From Candidatus Micrarchaeota archaeon (GTDB lineage Archaea; Micrarchaeota; Micrarchaeia; Anstonellales; Bilamarchaeaceae), in NCBI GenBank assembly GCA_043816005.1, contig JBDRIM010000073.1:1-32000 (forward strand): 32,000 nt of DNA, in the 5' to 3' direction. The notes under the pieces are model-generated. The model was not told where the DNA came from. It saw nothing but the letters and a program-made list of their open reading frames with translations, and searched no databases. Of this stretch, positions 7,576 to 15,348 are shown piece after piece. A program made the translations under genes and the position numbers. The stretch's first letter is position 1. Each line of letters starts with the position of its first letter.

Positions 7576-8485
7576 ATAAATACTCAAATCCTCCCCTTCT
7601 AAATCCACTCTCAATAATTCCCATGAGCATTTTATCACTAAAAGTTGCATCTCCATAGTGTGGAAGATGATCCTTTCTCAAAGGAATTCTTCTTGCTCCT
7701 TCTCCTTCCAGGTATACTGCTGTTAAGGCAGGTATTGAAGGCGGAAATACTGATACTGGTACTGTGATTGTACTAAGTGGTCTTCCTAAACCTTCACGGT
7801 TAACATCTTGCACTGCTTCTTTCCATTCTTGTTGAGAAAACCCAGCCAAAAGTGAATGCATAAAATCTTCATCATTTGCTGGTATTCCAGTTGGGCTTAA
7901 TTTTACAATACGCTCTGCAAGTTCTCTTGTTGGTGGTCGTACAAAATCAACAAGCAAAACTGCACCGCTTGGTGAAACATGCCATAGCATATTCATAAGT
8001 AATCTTCTCAATGCTTCTGGATCCTGAAGGTGGTGTGCTAAAAATAATGAAATACTCGCTGCATTTTTGTTTGCTGTAGATAACTTTACAATTGTAGCAT
8101 CACCATGAACGATAGTTATCATACTGTCTCTATGTGCATCTACAATGTTTTTTCGTGCTTTTGCAATCATTTCTGGTCCTAGTTCTATTGCCGTGATATC
8201 TAAATTTCCCATTGTTCGTGATAACATAATATCTAAATTAGCCGGACCACAACCAAAGTCAGCTACAAACCCTCCACCATCCTTTGGCAGGAGAGCCGAA
8301 AGCATGCGTATAAAAGTCCAATATGTTCTTCTAATAGTTCTGCGTCCTGCTTCGTCAAAAGCATCTACACTTGTAGTACTTCTCATAACTGGTTCTGGTT
8401 CAATAATACGTCTGAATTCCTTACAGTCGCGTACTGCTGTTTTGTAAGCATGTGCTAATCTAATAGCTTGAATCGGATTTGTCAT
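7574..8485 (-). CDS. class I SAM-dependent methyltransferase
   Basis: Motif I VADFGCGPANLD with downstream acidic and hydrophobic strands typical of the Rossmann methyltransferase fold. ATG at 8485 is preceded by GGGTGGGT (SD-like). The track begins at TTG 8497. Confidence 0.8.
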   Translation of the reverse strand: MTNPIQAIRLAHAYKTAVRDCKEFRRIIEPEPVMRSTTSVDAFDEAGRRTIRRTYWTFIRMLSALLPKDGGGFVADFGCGPANLDIMLSRTMGNLDITAIELGPEMIAKARKNIVDAHRDSMITIVHGDATIVKLSTANKNAASISLFLAHHLQDPEALRRLLMNMLWHVSPSGAVLLVDFVRPPTRELAERIVKLSPTGIPANDEDFMHSLLAGFSQQEWKEAVQDVNREGLGRPLSTITVPVSVFPPSIPALTAVYLEGEGARRIPLRKDHLPHYGDATFSDKMLMGIIESGFRRGGFEYL

Positions 8486-8545
8486 ATACCCACCCAATAC
8501 TATTAATTATCACATATATTTAAATCACTAGTGGCGGGTATGTAC

Positions 8546-8854
8546 TCATTTCTTAGTTACTTTTTCTTCCCTAAGAACAATTTTTACTATTAAGAAAACC
8601 ACACCTGCTATTATCACAAAATTAACTACGGCACCGATAAAAAGTCCTAATTGTATACTGCTTTGTTCAGTTAGTGTAATCACTATCTCTTCATATTTTA
8701 TTCCTGGTGTCAAAACTGCTACAATTGGCATTATTATATAGTCTACAAGTGCTTTGACAAGGGTTGTTGCAGCAGCTCCCATTATGAATGCAATTGCAAG
8801 CCCGGCCACTTTATATTCCATTAAAAAATCTTTAAATTCAATTAGAAACGTCAT
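8546..8854 (-). CDS. mscL: large-conductance mechanosensitive channel MscL
   Basis: 102 aa with two TM helices. The N-terminus FKDFLMEYKVAGLAIAFIMGAAATTLVKALVDYIIMPIV matches the MscL signature layout. Confidence 0.8.
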   Translation of the reverse strand: MTFLIEFKDFLMEYKVAGLAIAFIMGAAATTLVKALVDYIIMPIVAVLTPGIKYEEIVITLTEQSSIQLGLFIGAVVNFVIIAGVVFLIVKIVLREEKVTKK

Positions 8855-8961
8855 ATAGTGTTATCGCACATGTATTTTTCTTATTTTTGGTTTACTTATA
8901 TTGTGTGATATTATGACTGATAATAAAATGCGGCCAGGCGGAACATATTTTATGAACACAA

Positions 8962-9264
8962 ATGATTCAACAATACAAAATCCAATTCAATAATGTCTCT
9001 GGTGGGAGTAGAGCGAGTTTTGATGATTCATCCGTAAAAATTTTCAGGTTGACTGAGTTTGGAGGACAAAAGGAAGCTAGTTTATTATCTCTTATCCCAC
9101 AAGAGGTCGAGATCATCAGACGTGCGCTTCAACAATCTGTTCTTGCGAATCCTAGTGGAACAAAACTATCCAAACCAGAGATGGCTGCTGCTTTGTCATC
9201 ATTTGATAGGCAATTACAATCATCAAAACCACAACAAAATAAAGAAGCCGGATTGCTCAGATAA
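8962..9264 (+). CDS. hypothetical protein
   Basis: 100-aa ORF, convergent with pyrG and overlapping it by 8 nt. No recognisable motif, so coding status is uncertain. Confidence 0.35.
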   Translation: MIQQYKIQFNNVSGGSRASFDDSSVKIFRLTEFGGQKEASLLSLIPQEVEIIRRALQQSVLANPSGTKLSKPEMAAALSSFDRQLQSSKPQQNKEAGLLR

Positions 9265-10879
9265 GTTTATTTCCTACTTTTTCTTTTATTGCCTTCATAA
9301 ATTCAACAAAAATTGGTGCAGGTTCTTCAAGCCTACTTTTTAGTTCGATGTGCGCCTGTGTTGCAACTCCAAAACTATCTTTCCATTCTGTTATTTCTAC
9401 AATATTATTTTTTTGATGAACTGCTGAAATAATTAGTCCATTTTCTGTAAGTTGTTTTACATATTCTGGATTTACTTCGTACCTATGTCTATGTCTCTCA
9501 TCAATCTTATCTTTTTTATACGCATTATAAGCAACAGTTCCCTTGGTTATTGCACATTCATATGCTCCAAGTCTCATGGTCCCTCCCATTCTTGAAATTT
9601 GTTGTTGCTCTGGTAGCATATCAATGACTGGATATCTTGTTTTTTTGTCAAATTCAGTTGAATTAGCACCATTCATTCCACAGACATTTCGTGCATATTC
9701 AACTACCATCAATTGAAGGCCAAGACACAAACCAATATAGGGCACTTTATTTTCCCGTGCATATTTTATGGCTTTTATTTTTCCTTCAATACCTCTACTT
9801 CCAAATCCACCTGGTACTAATATTCCATCGTATTTTTTCAGAACTGATGCTATATCCTCGGTTTTTTCAAGATCACTTGCTTCTAACCAACTTATTTCCA
9901 GTCCATAATTTACTGCTGCCGCTCCATGAACTAATGCTTCCTTGACACTAACATAAGCATCCTTAACTGCAGTATATTTTCCAATAATAGCGACCTTCAA
10001 TGGTCTGCCTTTTGGTTCTATAATGTGCTCCACTTTTTTATGCCATTCTTTCAAATCTGGTTCCTTAGTTGGATCAAGATCGAGTTGTTTTGCAAGTTGT
10101 TTGTAGAAATTTTGTTTTTCAAGAACTAATGGAAGTTCATAAACAGTACTTACAAGAGGATCATCAAAAACACTTTCTTCAGGTACATTACAGTAGAGGC
10201 TTATTTTTTTCCGTGATTCTTCAGTAAGTTTTTCCTGTTCACGTGTGATTATCATGTTTGGTTGAATCCCCAAACTTTGTAGGAGTCGTGTTGCTTGTTG
10301 TGTTGGTTTCGTTTTTGGTTCATTTGGACTCAAACTTGGGACATAAGTAAGTTGTATAAATATCATATTATCTCTTTCAAAATTAAGTTGCCTCATGGCC
10401 TCTATGAAATAACTATTCTCCATATCTCCAATCGTTCCGCCTACCTCAACAAGTACTATATCTGCAGCATTCTCCTTTCCAACATTCTGCACCCATTTTT
10501 TTATCTCATCAGTCAAATGTGGAACAAATTGTACGTCGCGTCCAAGATACTCGCCTCTTCGCTCCTTTTCAATAATCCTTTGGAATAATTTCCCTCCTGT
10601 AATGGAACACATTCCAGGTAGCGACTTATTGAGAAATCTTTCGTATGTTCCAAAATCCATATCAACTTCTGTCCCATCATCAAGAACAAAAACTTCGCCA
10701 TGCCTAAATGGATTCATTGTTCCACAATCAACATTCAAGTAGCCGTCAAATTTTATTGGCACTACTTTGTATCCCCGTGCTTCAAGTAATTTAGCTATAG
10801 AAGAAGTTACTATTCCCTTTCCTAATCCGGACATAATCGATCCGGCAATCACAATAAACTTGGTTTTTTTCTCTGGCAT
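9257..10879 (-). CDS. pyrG: CTP synthase
   Basis: 540 aa. N-terminal synthase domain (GSIMSGLGKGI, KTKPTQ) and C-terminal class I glutamine amidotransferase domain (GLCLGLQ, HRHRYEVN). Confidence 0.97.
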   Translation of the reverse strand: MPEKKTKFIVIAGSIMSGLGKGIVTSSIAKLLEARGYKVVPIKFDGYLNVDCGTMNPFRHGEVFVLDDGTEVDMDFGTYERFLNKSLPGMCSITGGKLFQRIIEKERRGEYLGRDVQFVPHLTDEIKKWVQNVGKENAADIVLVEVGGTIGDMENSYFIEAMRQLNFERDNMIFIQLTYVPSLSPNEPKTKPTQQATRLLQSLGIQPNMIITREQEKLTEESRKKISLYCNVPEESVFDDPLVSTVYELPLVLEKQNFYKQLAKQLDLDPTKEPDLKEWHKKVEHIIEPKGRPLKVAIIGKYTAVKDAYVSVKEALVHGAAAVNYGLEISWLEASDLEKTEDIASVLKKYDGILVPGGFGSRGIEGKIKAIKYARENKVPYIGLCLGLQLMVVEYARNVCGMNGANSTEFDKKTRYPVIDMLPEQQQISRMGGTMRLGAYECAITKGTVAYNAYKKDKIDERHRHRYEVNPEYVKQLTENGLIISAVHQKNNIVEITEWKDSFGVATQAHIELKSRLEEPAPIFVEFMKAIKEKVGNKLI

Positions 10880-10931
10880 AGGAAACCTGTATTTAGAACT
10901 ATTTTTAAATTTAACAAAAACAAAATGAACA

Positions 10932-11621
10932 TTAAATTCTATTTAATGCATCTTTCATCTTTTCTATTGTCATATTCGTTGCAATCATGGGGATGCGTTC
11001 ACGTTCTGATATTTTTATTGCAAGTTTGTCTACTTTACCAGAATCTAAATTGTGCAAAACAACTGCCGATGGTTTTGAAGAGCTTACTCTTATGACTACA
11101 AATGGGCTCCTACCAGTACTAACACCTGTGAAAATGAACACTCTCTCATTCACATTTCCATACAAATTCTGAAAATATGAAAATGGCATATCCAAGATGA
11201 CCTTTATACTATCAATCAACGTATACCCATAAATTTTCTTAGTTTCAACAAGATCTCCGTTAGTCAAAACCCTACCATCAATTAATTTTACAAAATCCTT
11301 AAGTAAAATCGATCTTGCAAACTCGTGGACTTCGAAATATTCACTCACTGGTTTTTCTTTTTCTCTAAACTTCTGAGCAATTCCACCGCCTTTTATTCTA
11401 TCTATATCAAAAAGTGCATTGACGAAACGTTTTACTACTCCTGTTCCTGGTGATTTTCTTCTGTTTCCTTCGTAATCACTGATAGTTGATACTGTAATAT
11501 CAAGATGTTTTGCAAGTTCAACCTGTGAGATGTTGAATATTTCACGCCATTTCCTCATGGTTGCTCCTGGGTCTTCTGATAGTGAAATTTCGCCTGCTAT
11601 TTCCATTTTTATTTTTTCCAA
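10932..11621 (-). CDS. archaeal HTH (XRE-type) transcriptional regulator, COG1395-like
   Basis: HTH segment WREIFNISQVELAKHLDITVSTISDYEGNRR followed by a ~150-aa C-terminal domain. TTG start at 11621 lies 5 nt after GAGGAG. An alternative ATG is at 11606. Confidence 0.8.
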   Translation of the reverse strand: MEKIKMEIAGEISLSEDPGATMRKWREIFNISQVELAKHLDITVSTISDYEGNRRKSPGTGVVKRFVNALFDIDRIKGGGIAQKFREKEKPVSEYFEVHEFARSILLKDFVKLIDGRVLTNGDLVETKKIYGYTLIDSIKVILDMPFSYFQNLYGNVNERVFIFTGVSTGRSPFVVIRVSSSKPSAVVLHNLDSGKVDKLAIKISERERIPMIATNMTIEKMKDALNRI

Positions 11622-11749
11622 TTAATCTCCTCAAAATGGAAAGTAGTGAACGCAGTTCACGTTAATTTCCATTTTTATTTTTTCCAATTAATCTCCTCAA
11701 AATGGAAAGATGCGAACTTGTTCGCAAAGATTTCCATTTTTATTTTTTC
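11599..11749. repeat. tandem 66/65-bp repeat overlapping the regulator start
   Basis: Direct reading. Two identical 45-nt units at 11599-11643 and 11665-11709: atttccatttttattttttccaattaatctcctcaaaatggaaag. A 20-nt partial third copy lies at 11730-11749. Spacers contain GTGAAC-GCA-GTTCAC (11646-11660) and TGCGAAC-TT-GTTCGCA (11711-11726). Confidence 0.9.
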
Positions 11750-11895
11750 TATTTACATCACCATAAAACTAAAAAAAATCTAATATCTAATGCAACTATC
11801 AGCTAAACTATTTATATTCATTTCGACTATTGTCCATTATGACTTCGGCAATTTTGTTCGTGCTAATTTTTAAATTTTGATTGTAAAATAGGTTC

Positions 11896-12375
11896 ATGCC
11901 ATTAAATCTATTAGGAGATTTTTTTTCAATCCTTAAACCATCGTTATTTACCTCATCGTCAGCCATTCTAATTATATGTTTTATAATTTGGGAACTTCCA
12001 CGTACACTCAAAATCATGGATGAGGAATATACAAAAGACTTATACCCAGAAAATAGTAGGATACCCGATTTTTTCTTTTTATTTTGGGGATTAATTGGTA
12101 TTCTATATCTGTTCCCTCTCAATAACACGGATAATGTTCTTGCGTTTCTCAAAACACCTGGGATAACTTCATTTTACATTGTAATCATGATCACAATACC
12201 TTTCATTGTCTTAATGGGGTATTTCAAACGGTTCTTTGAAAGAATGCACAAACACGATTCACTTACTATTTTCACAGTCCAGTCATTTATGGATCTTATG
12301 CACACGTTGTTTTTCATTTCAGTTTCAATATTGATGGTACCAATACTTGGCTATCTAATTGGTCCATTGAAATAA
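11896..12375 (+). CDS. hypothetical integral membrane protein (3-4 TM)
   Basis: Hydrophobic helices FFFLFWGLIGILYLFPL, ITSFYIVIMITIPFIVLMGYF and LFFISVSILMVPILGYLIGPL. AGGT lies 3 nt before the ATG. Preferred over the overlapping antisense ORF 11808-12152. Confidence 0.5.
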   Translation: MPLNLLGDFFSILKPSLFTSSSAILIICFIIWELPRTLKIMDEEYTKDLYPENSRIPDFFFLFWGLIGILYLFPLNNTDNVLAFLKTPGITSFYIVIMITIPFIVLMGYFKRFFERMHKHDSLTIFTVQSFMDLMHTLFFISVSILMVPILGYLIGPLK

Positions 12376-12376
12376 A

Positions 12377-13147
12377 TCAGTAATCTTTCATGAATTCAAC
12401 AGCATTTTTGAAAATCCTTAACCCATAAGCTTCTTTCACTACGCCTTTTATCCAATATGGACAATTTTCTGGGATATTGAAAGCTTCTGGATGCGGCATC
12501 ATTCCAAATATTTTTCCACTTTTATCACAAATCCCGGCAATATTATCCACTGCTCCATTTGGGTTATATGGATAGCCAGCAAGATTATTATTCTCATCCA
12601 CATACTGGAAAACAATCTGATTATTCTCTTTCAATTCTTTCATTACTGTTTCATCCTTTGGAATAAATTTACCCTCACCATGTCGAACTGGAACAAGCAA
12701 ATGCTCGAGCCCTTTAGTGTAGATACAAGGAGACTTAGTATTGGTTTTCAATATCACCCACCTATCTTCAAAATGACCCGAATCATTTCCAACCAAACTC
12801 ACCCGTTGTTGGAAATCTGGTGTTGGTAGCAATCCCATTTTTACGAGTGCTTGAAAACCATTACAAATACCGCAAACTAATTTACCTGCTTTTACAAATC
12901 CCTCCAATTGATCTTTTATTTTAAATTTCATTTTATTTCCAAAGACCTTCCCAGAGCCAAGATCATCTCCAAATGCAAAACCACCTGGGATAAAAAACAT
13001 ATTATAATCTTCGAGTATCTTTGGTGTTTCAAGAATTTTATTCACATGGACTATTTCGGCTACCCCACCGCTTTTTTCAATACAAAATTTGCTCTCATTT
13101 TCGCAGTTTATCCCATAACCAGTTACTACCAATGCTTTGAGCGTCAT
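12377..13147 (-). CDS. purQ: phosphoribosylformylglycinamidine synthase, glutamine amidotransferase subunit (PurQ-like)
   Basis: Type-1 GATase motifs FIPGGFAFGDDL, GICNGFQAL (nucleophile Cys), HGEGKF and MMPHPE. Confidence 0.8.
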   Translation of the reverse strand: MTLKALVVTGYGINCENESKFCIEKSGGVAEIVHVNKILETPKILEDYNMFFIPGGFAFGDDLGSGKVFGNKMKFKIKDQLEGFVKAGKLVCGICNGFQALVKMGLLPTPDFQQRVSLVGNDSGHFEDRWVILKTNTKSPCIYTKGLEHLLVPVRHGEGKFIPKDETVMKELKENNQIVFQYVDENNNLAGYPYNPNGAVDNIAGICDKSGKIFGMMPHPEAFNIPENCPYWIKGVVKEAYGLRIFKNAVEFMKDY

Positions 13148-13161
13148 AATATCCCTTTATA

Positions 13162-13545
13162 CTAAACTTTTCTTAATCCTTTTATTCCATCAAATTTTCC
13201 TGTTGATCCTGTTGATCTTGTAAATAAAAATGCATTGTTTGCCATACATATAGCTGCTGTCAAAATACTGTCCGTCATTCTAAATCCGTCGCTGCGATCC
13301 TTCATATCATTCAAAAGTTTTGATGCAATTTGTGCAGCTTTTTTGTCAAATGGTAAAACTGTAACATTAGCCGAAAAAGATGAAACCACTTCTGGTTTAT
13401 TAATTACTTCGAGAAGATGCATCATTGTTAAACTTGTTATACAAATTTCTTCATGATCCGCATAATACCTCATCTTATCAATAATTGCCGGTTCGCCTCG
13501 GAGAAAGTCTAATGCAGCTTCAAAGTCTAAGCATATTTTTTCCAT
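13162..13545 (-). CDS. vapC: PIN-domain ribonuclease toxin (VapC-like)
   Basis: 127 aa with an N-terminal ICLD acidic residue and TDSILTAAICMANNAFLFT, a pattern typical of PIN. Sits 12 nt downstream of a small antitoxin-like gene. The fourth acidic position is not obvious. Confidence 0.7.
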   Translation of the reverse strand: MEKICLDFEAALDFLRGEPAIIDKMRYYADHEEICITSLTMMHLLEVINKPEVVSSFSANVTVLPFDKKAAQIASKLLNDMKDRSDGFRMTDSILTAAICMANNAFLFTRSTGSTGKFDGIKGLRKV

Positions 13546-13557
13546 TTAAATCCCTCA

Positions 13558-13773
13558 TCATCTGTTATATGCTTGATCTCGTTTTATCCTATCTACCTCA
13601 CGGTGATTAATGTCCATTTCATCAATACTTCCAGCAAGACTAATAATATTACTACCTTCTCTCTTTTCTTTTAACAAAAACCGTAAAATCTCACTAAAGC
13701 TCATTGCCTTAGATTTCTTTAACTGGTAGAGTTCCGCATATACATCATCCATTATCGTTATTACTTTCACCAT
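13558..13773 (-). CDS. vapB: VapB-type antitoxin (archaeal small antitoxin family)
   Basis: ITIMDDVYAELYQLKKSKAMSFSEILRFLL resembles the archaeal VapB pattern (I.v.devy..L...K....SFSevI..Ll). ATG at 13773 lies 5 nt after AGGTGA. The track start GTG 13782 sits inside that SD. Confidence 0.65.
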   Translation of the reverse strand: MVKVITIMDDVYAELYQLKKSKAMSFSEILRFLLKEKREGSNIISLAGSIDEMDINHREVDRIKRDQAYNR

Positions 13774-14141
13774 TTTTTTCACCTGAAAGCAGCAGAGCCG
13801 CGTTAGCCGTTCATTCCAACAAATGGACGTTTCATCCCCTCAAAAAATGGGCCAAACCCATTTTCATTAAAGAAATACGTCCATTGTAGATCGCATGTGC
13901 TACAATTGTACCGCACATGGTAAATACATTTAGTCAATGTATTTATACTTTTCCCTCGAGAATGTGCCATTTGTTCTTTTTTTAGTCATTTTATGTCCTC
14001 ATTTTTTCGTCGTAAAACATCAAGTATTTAAATCATCGAAGGTGCCATTACTTACTCTCGTAATTGTTTCGTTAATTTTTTCGCATTGCGAAAAAATGAG
14101 AAACTGGGAGAAAGCGACCAAAATGATAAAAAGGTGAAACT

Positions 14142-15221
14142 ATGGAAGATTTGGTAAGATCGGTTGTTGGAGAAAATACGCCGCAAGCTGACAAACAGTC
14201 CTCTGATGCATTGAGTTCAGAGTGCATTAAAATCGTTACTGTCGGTGTGGGTGGTGCTGGTAATAACACCATTAACAGACTTATAAAGTCCGGAGTTAAA
14301 GGTACCGAGTTGGTTGCAGTTAACACTGACAAACAACACCTTAACATTGTTCATGAAAGAGCAAAGAAGGTCTTAATAGGTAAATCAGTTACCAAAGGTT
14401 TGGGTGCTGGTGGTTATCCTGACATAGGTGCAAAGTCGTGTGAAGTTGACAGGCCACTTGTTGAAAGAGAACTTGAAGGCGCTCATCTTGTATTTGTTTG
14501 TGCAGGTATGGGTGGTGGTACTGGCGGTGGTGCAGCTCCAATTATTGCACAAATTGCAAAAGAGCAAGGAGCAATCGTAGTTGCCATGGTTACCTATCCA
14601 TTTGCTTTGGAAAGAGCAAGAAAAAAAAGAGCAGAAGATGGTATTAAACTCTTGAAAAAGAGCTGTGACTCAGTTATTATTCTTGATAATAATAGATTGG
14701 TTCAGTTAGTTCCAAATTTGCCAATGGCAGAAGCATTTGCTGTTGCTGATGAGATTCTTTCAAGGGCAATTAGCGGTCTTGTATGGACCATCACACAACC
14801 ATCTTTGATTAATATCGACTTCGCAGATGTCCGTGCAATCATGGAAGGCGGAGGAGTTGGATTCATTGCAGTTGGTGAAGGTAAAGGAAATGACAAAGTC
14901 AAAGCAGCCGCAGAGGGTGTTATAAAGAACCGACTGTTGGATGTTGACTTCGAAGGTGCGAAAGGTGCACTTATTCACATTACTGGTGGTAGTGACCTCA
15001 CATTGGGAGATGCTATCAAAGCTGGTGAATGGGTAACCGAAAAGATGGATGCCGAAGCAAATGTCAAATGGGGCGCTAGAATTATGCAGAATTACGAAGG
15101 CAAATTAGAAATTGTTGCCATCGTAACTGGTGTAAAAGGTGCGTCAGTTGCAGGCTCATCGATGATTGAAGAAGAATCTGTTATGCCAACATACTCTTCT
15201 GACCTTGAAGTTTTAGGTTAA
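14142..15221 (+). CDS. ftsZ: cell division GTPase FtsZ
   Basis: Tubulin signature [12 protein letters not shown], plus VGVGGAGNN and NTD motifs. AGGTGA lies 5 nt upstream of the ATG. Confidence 0.95.
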   Translation: MEDLVRSVVGENTPQADKQSSDALSSECIKIVTVGVGGAGNNTINRLIKSGVKGTELVAVNTDKQHLNIVHERAKKVLIGKSVTKGLGAGGYPDIGAKSCEVDRPLVERELEGAHLVFVCAGMGGGTGGGAAPIIAQIAKEQGAIVVAMVTYPFALERARKKRAEDGIKLLKKSCDSVIILDNNRLVQLVPNLPMAEAFAVADEILSRAISGLVWTITQPSLINIDFADVRAIMEGGGVGFIAVGEGKGNDKVKAAAEGVIKNRLLDVDFEGAKGALIHITGGSDLTLGDAIKAGEWVTEKMDAEANVKWGARIMQNYEGKLEIVAIVTGVKGASVAGSSMIEEESVMPTYSSDLEVLG

Positions 15222-15279
15222 AAACTTGAGGACCATAGAACGATTCGTCGTTCTATTGGACCTTGAAGTTTTAGGTTAA
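15201..15279. repeat. perfect 21-nt direct repeat of the ftsZ 3-prime end flanking a 37-nt hairpin insert
   Basis: gaccttgaagttttaggttaa occurs at 15201-15221 (last 6 codons plus the ftsZ stop) and again at 15259-15279. The insert contains ATAGAACGA-TTCG-TCGTTCTAT (15235-15256). Confidence 0.9.
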
Positions 15280-15300
15280 TTTTTTTTCTTTTCTATTTTT
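15280..15300 (+). terminator. T-rich terminator region after ftsZ
   Basis: A T8 run at 15280-15287 followed by cttttctattttt, immediately after the hairpin and repeat. Confidence 0.4.
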
Positions 15301-15348
15301 CTTTTCATCTGGATATAGAAATTTAAATACACATTACTAATCTTCTTT

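Noticed and set aside
4915-8497. Higher-GC genomic island (orphan protein, HEAT protein, tRNA, methyltransferase)
   Set aside because: Hand counts of individual 60-nt lines gave 35-52% in this block and about 38% in pyrG, so no convincing compositional shift can be claimed without a proper sliding-window calculation. No integrase or att repeat was seen.
9059-9343. 94-aa plus-strand ORF overlapping both the 8962-9264 ORF and the pyrG 3-prime end
   Set aside because: It is an alternative frame of the same region, overlaps the pyrG C-terminus by 87 nt, and has no start context or motif.
11599-11749. Possible mini-CRISPR array (45-nt repeats with ~21-nt spacers)
   Set aside because: There are only two full repeats plus a partial copy. 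The proximal repeat is the regulator gene's own SD and first codons. The spacers are short and are themselves palindromes. No cas genes or leader are present in the window.
11808-12152. 114-aa minus-strand ORF overlapping the 159-aa plus-strand ORF
   Set aside because: It is very basic and low-complexity (RGNRYRIPINPQNKKKK). The overlapping plus-strand ORF encodes three to four clean TM helices and has an SD-like AGGT, so the plus-strand gene was preferred.
13822-13885. H/ACA guide RNA (lower stem, internal pocket, upper stem architecture)
   Set aside because: No ACA or ANA box follows the lower stem on either strand (GTA on plus, TGT on minus). The upper stem and loop have no k-turn or k-loop GA pairs for L7Ae.
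13937-14137. 66-aa plus-strand ORF just upstream of ftsZ
   Set aside because: It spans the AT-rich promoter and palindrome region, has no SD, and would end within the ftsZ ribosome-binding site. It reads as translated AT-rich spacer.
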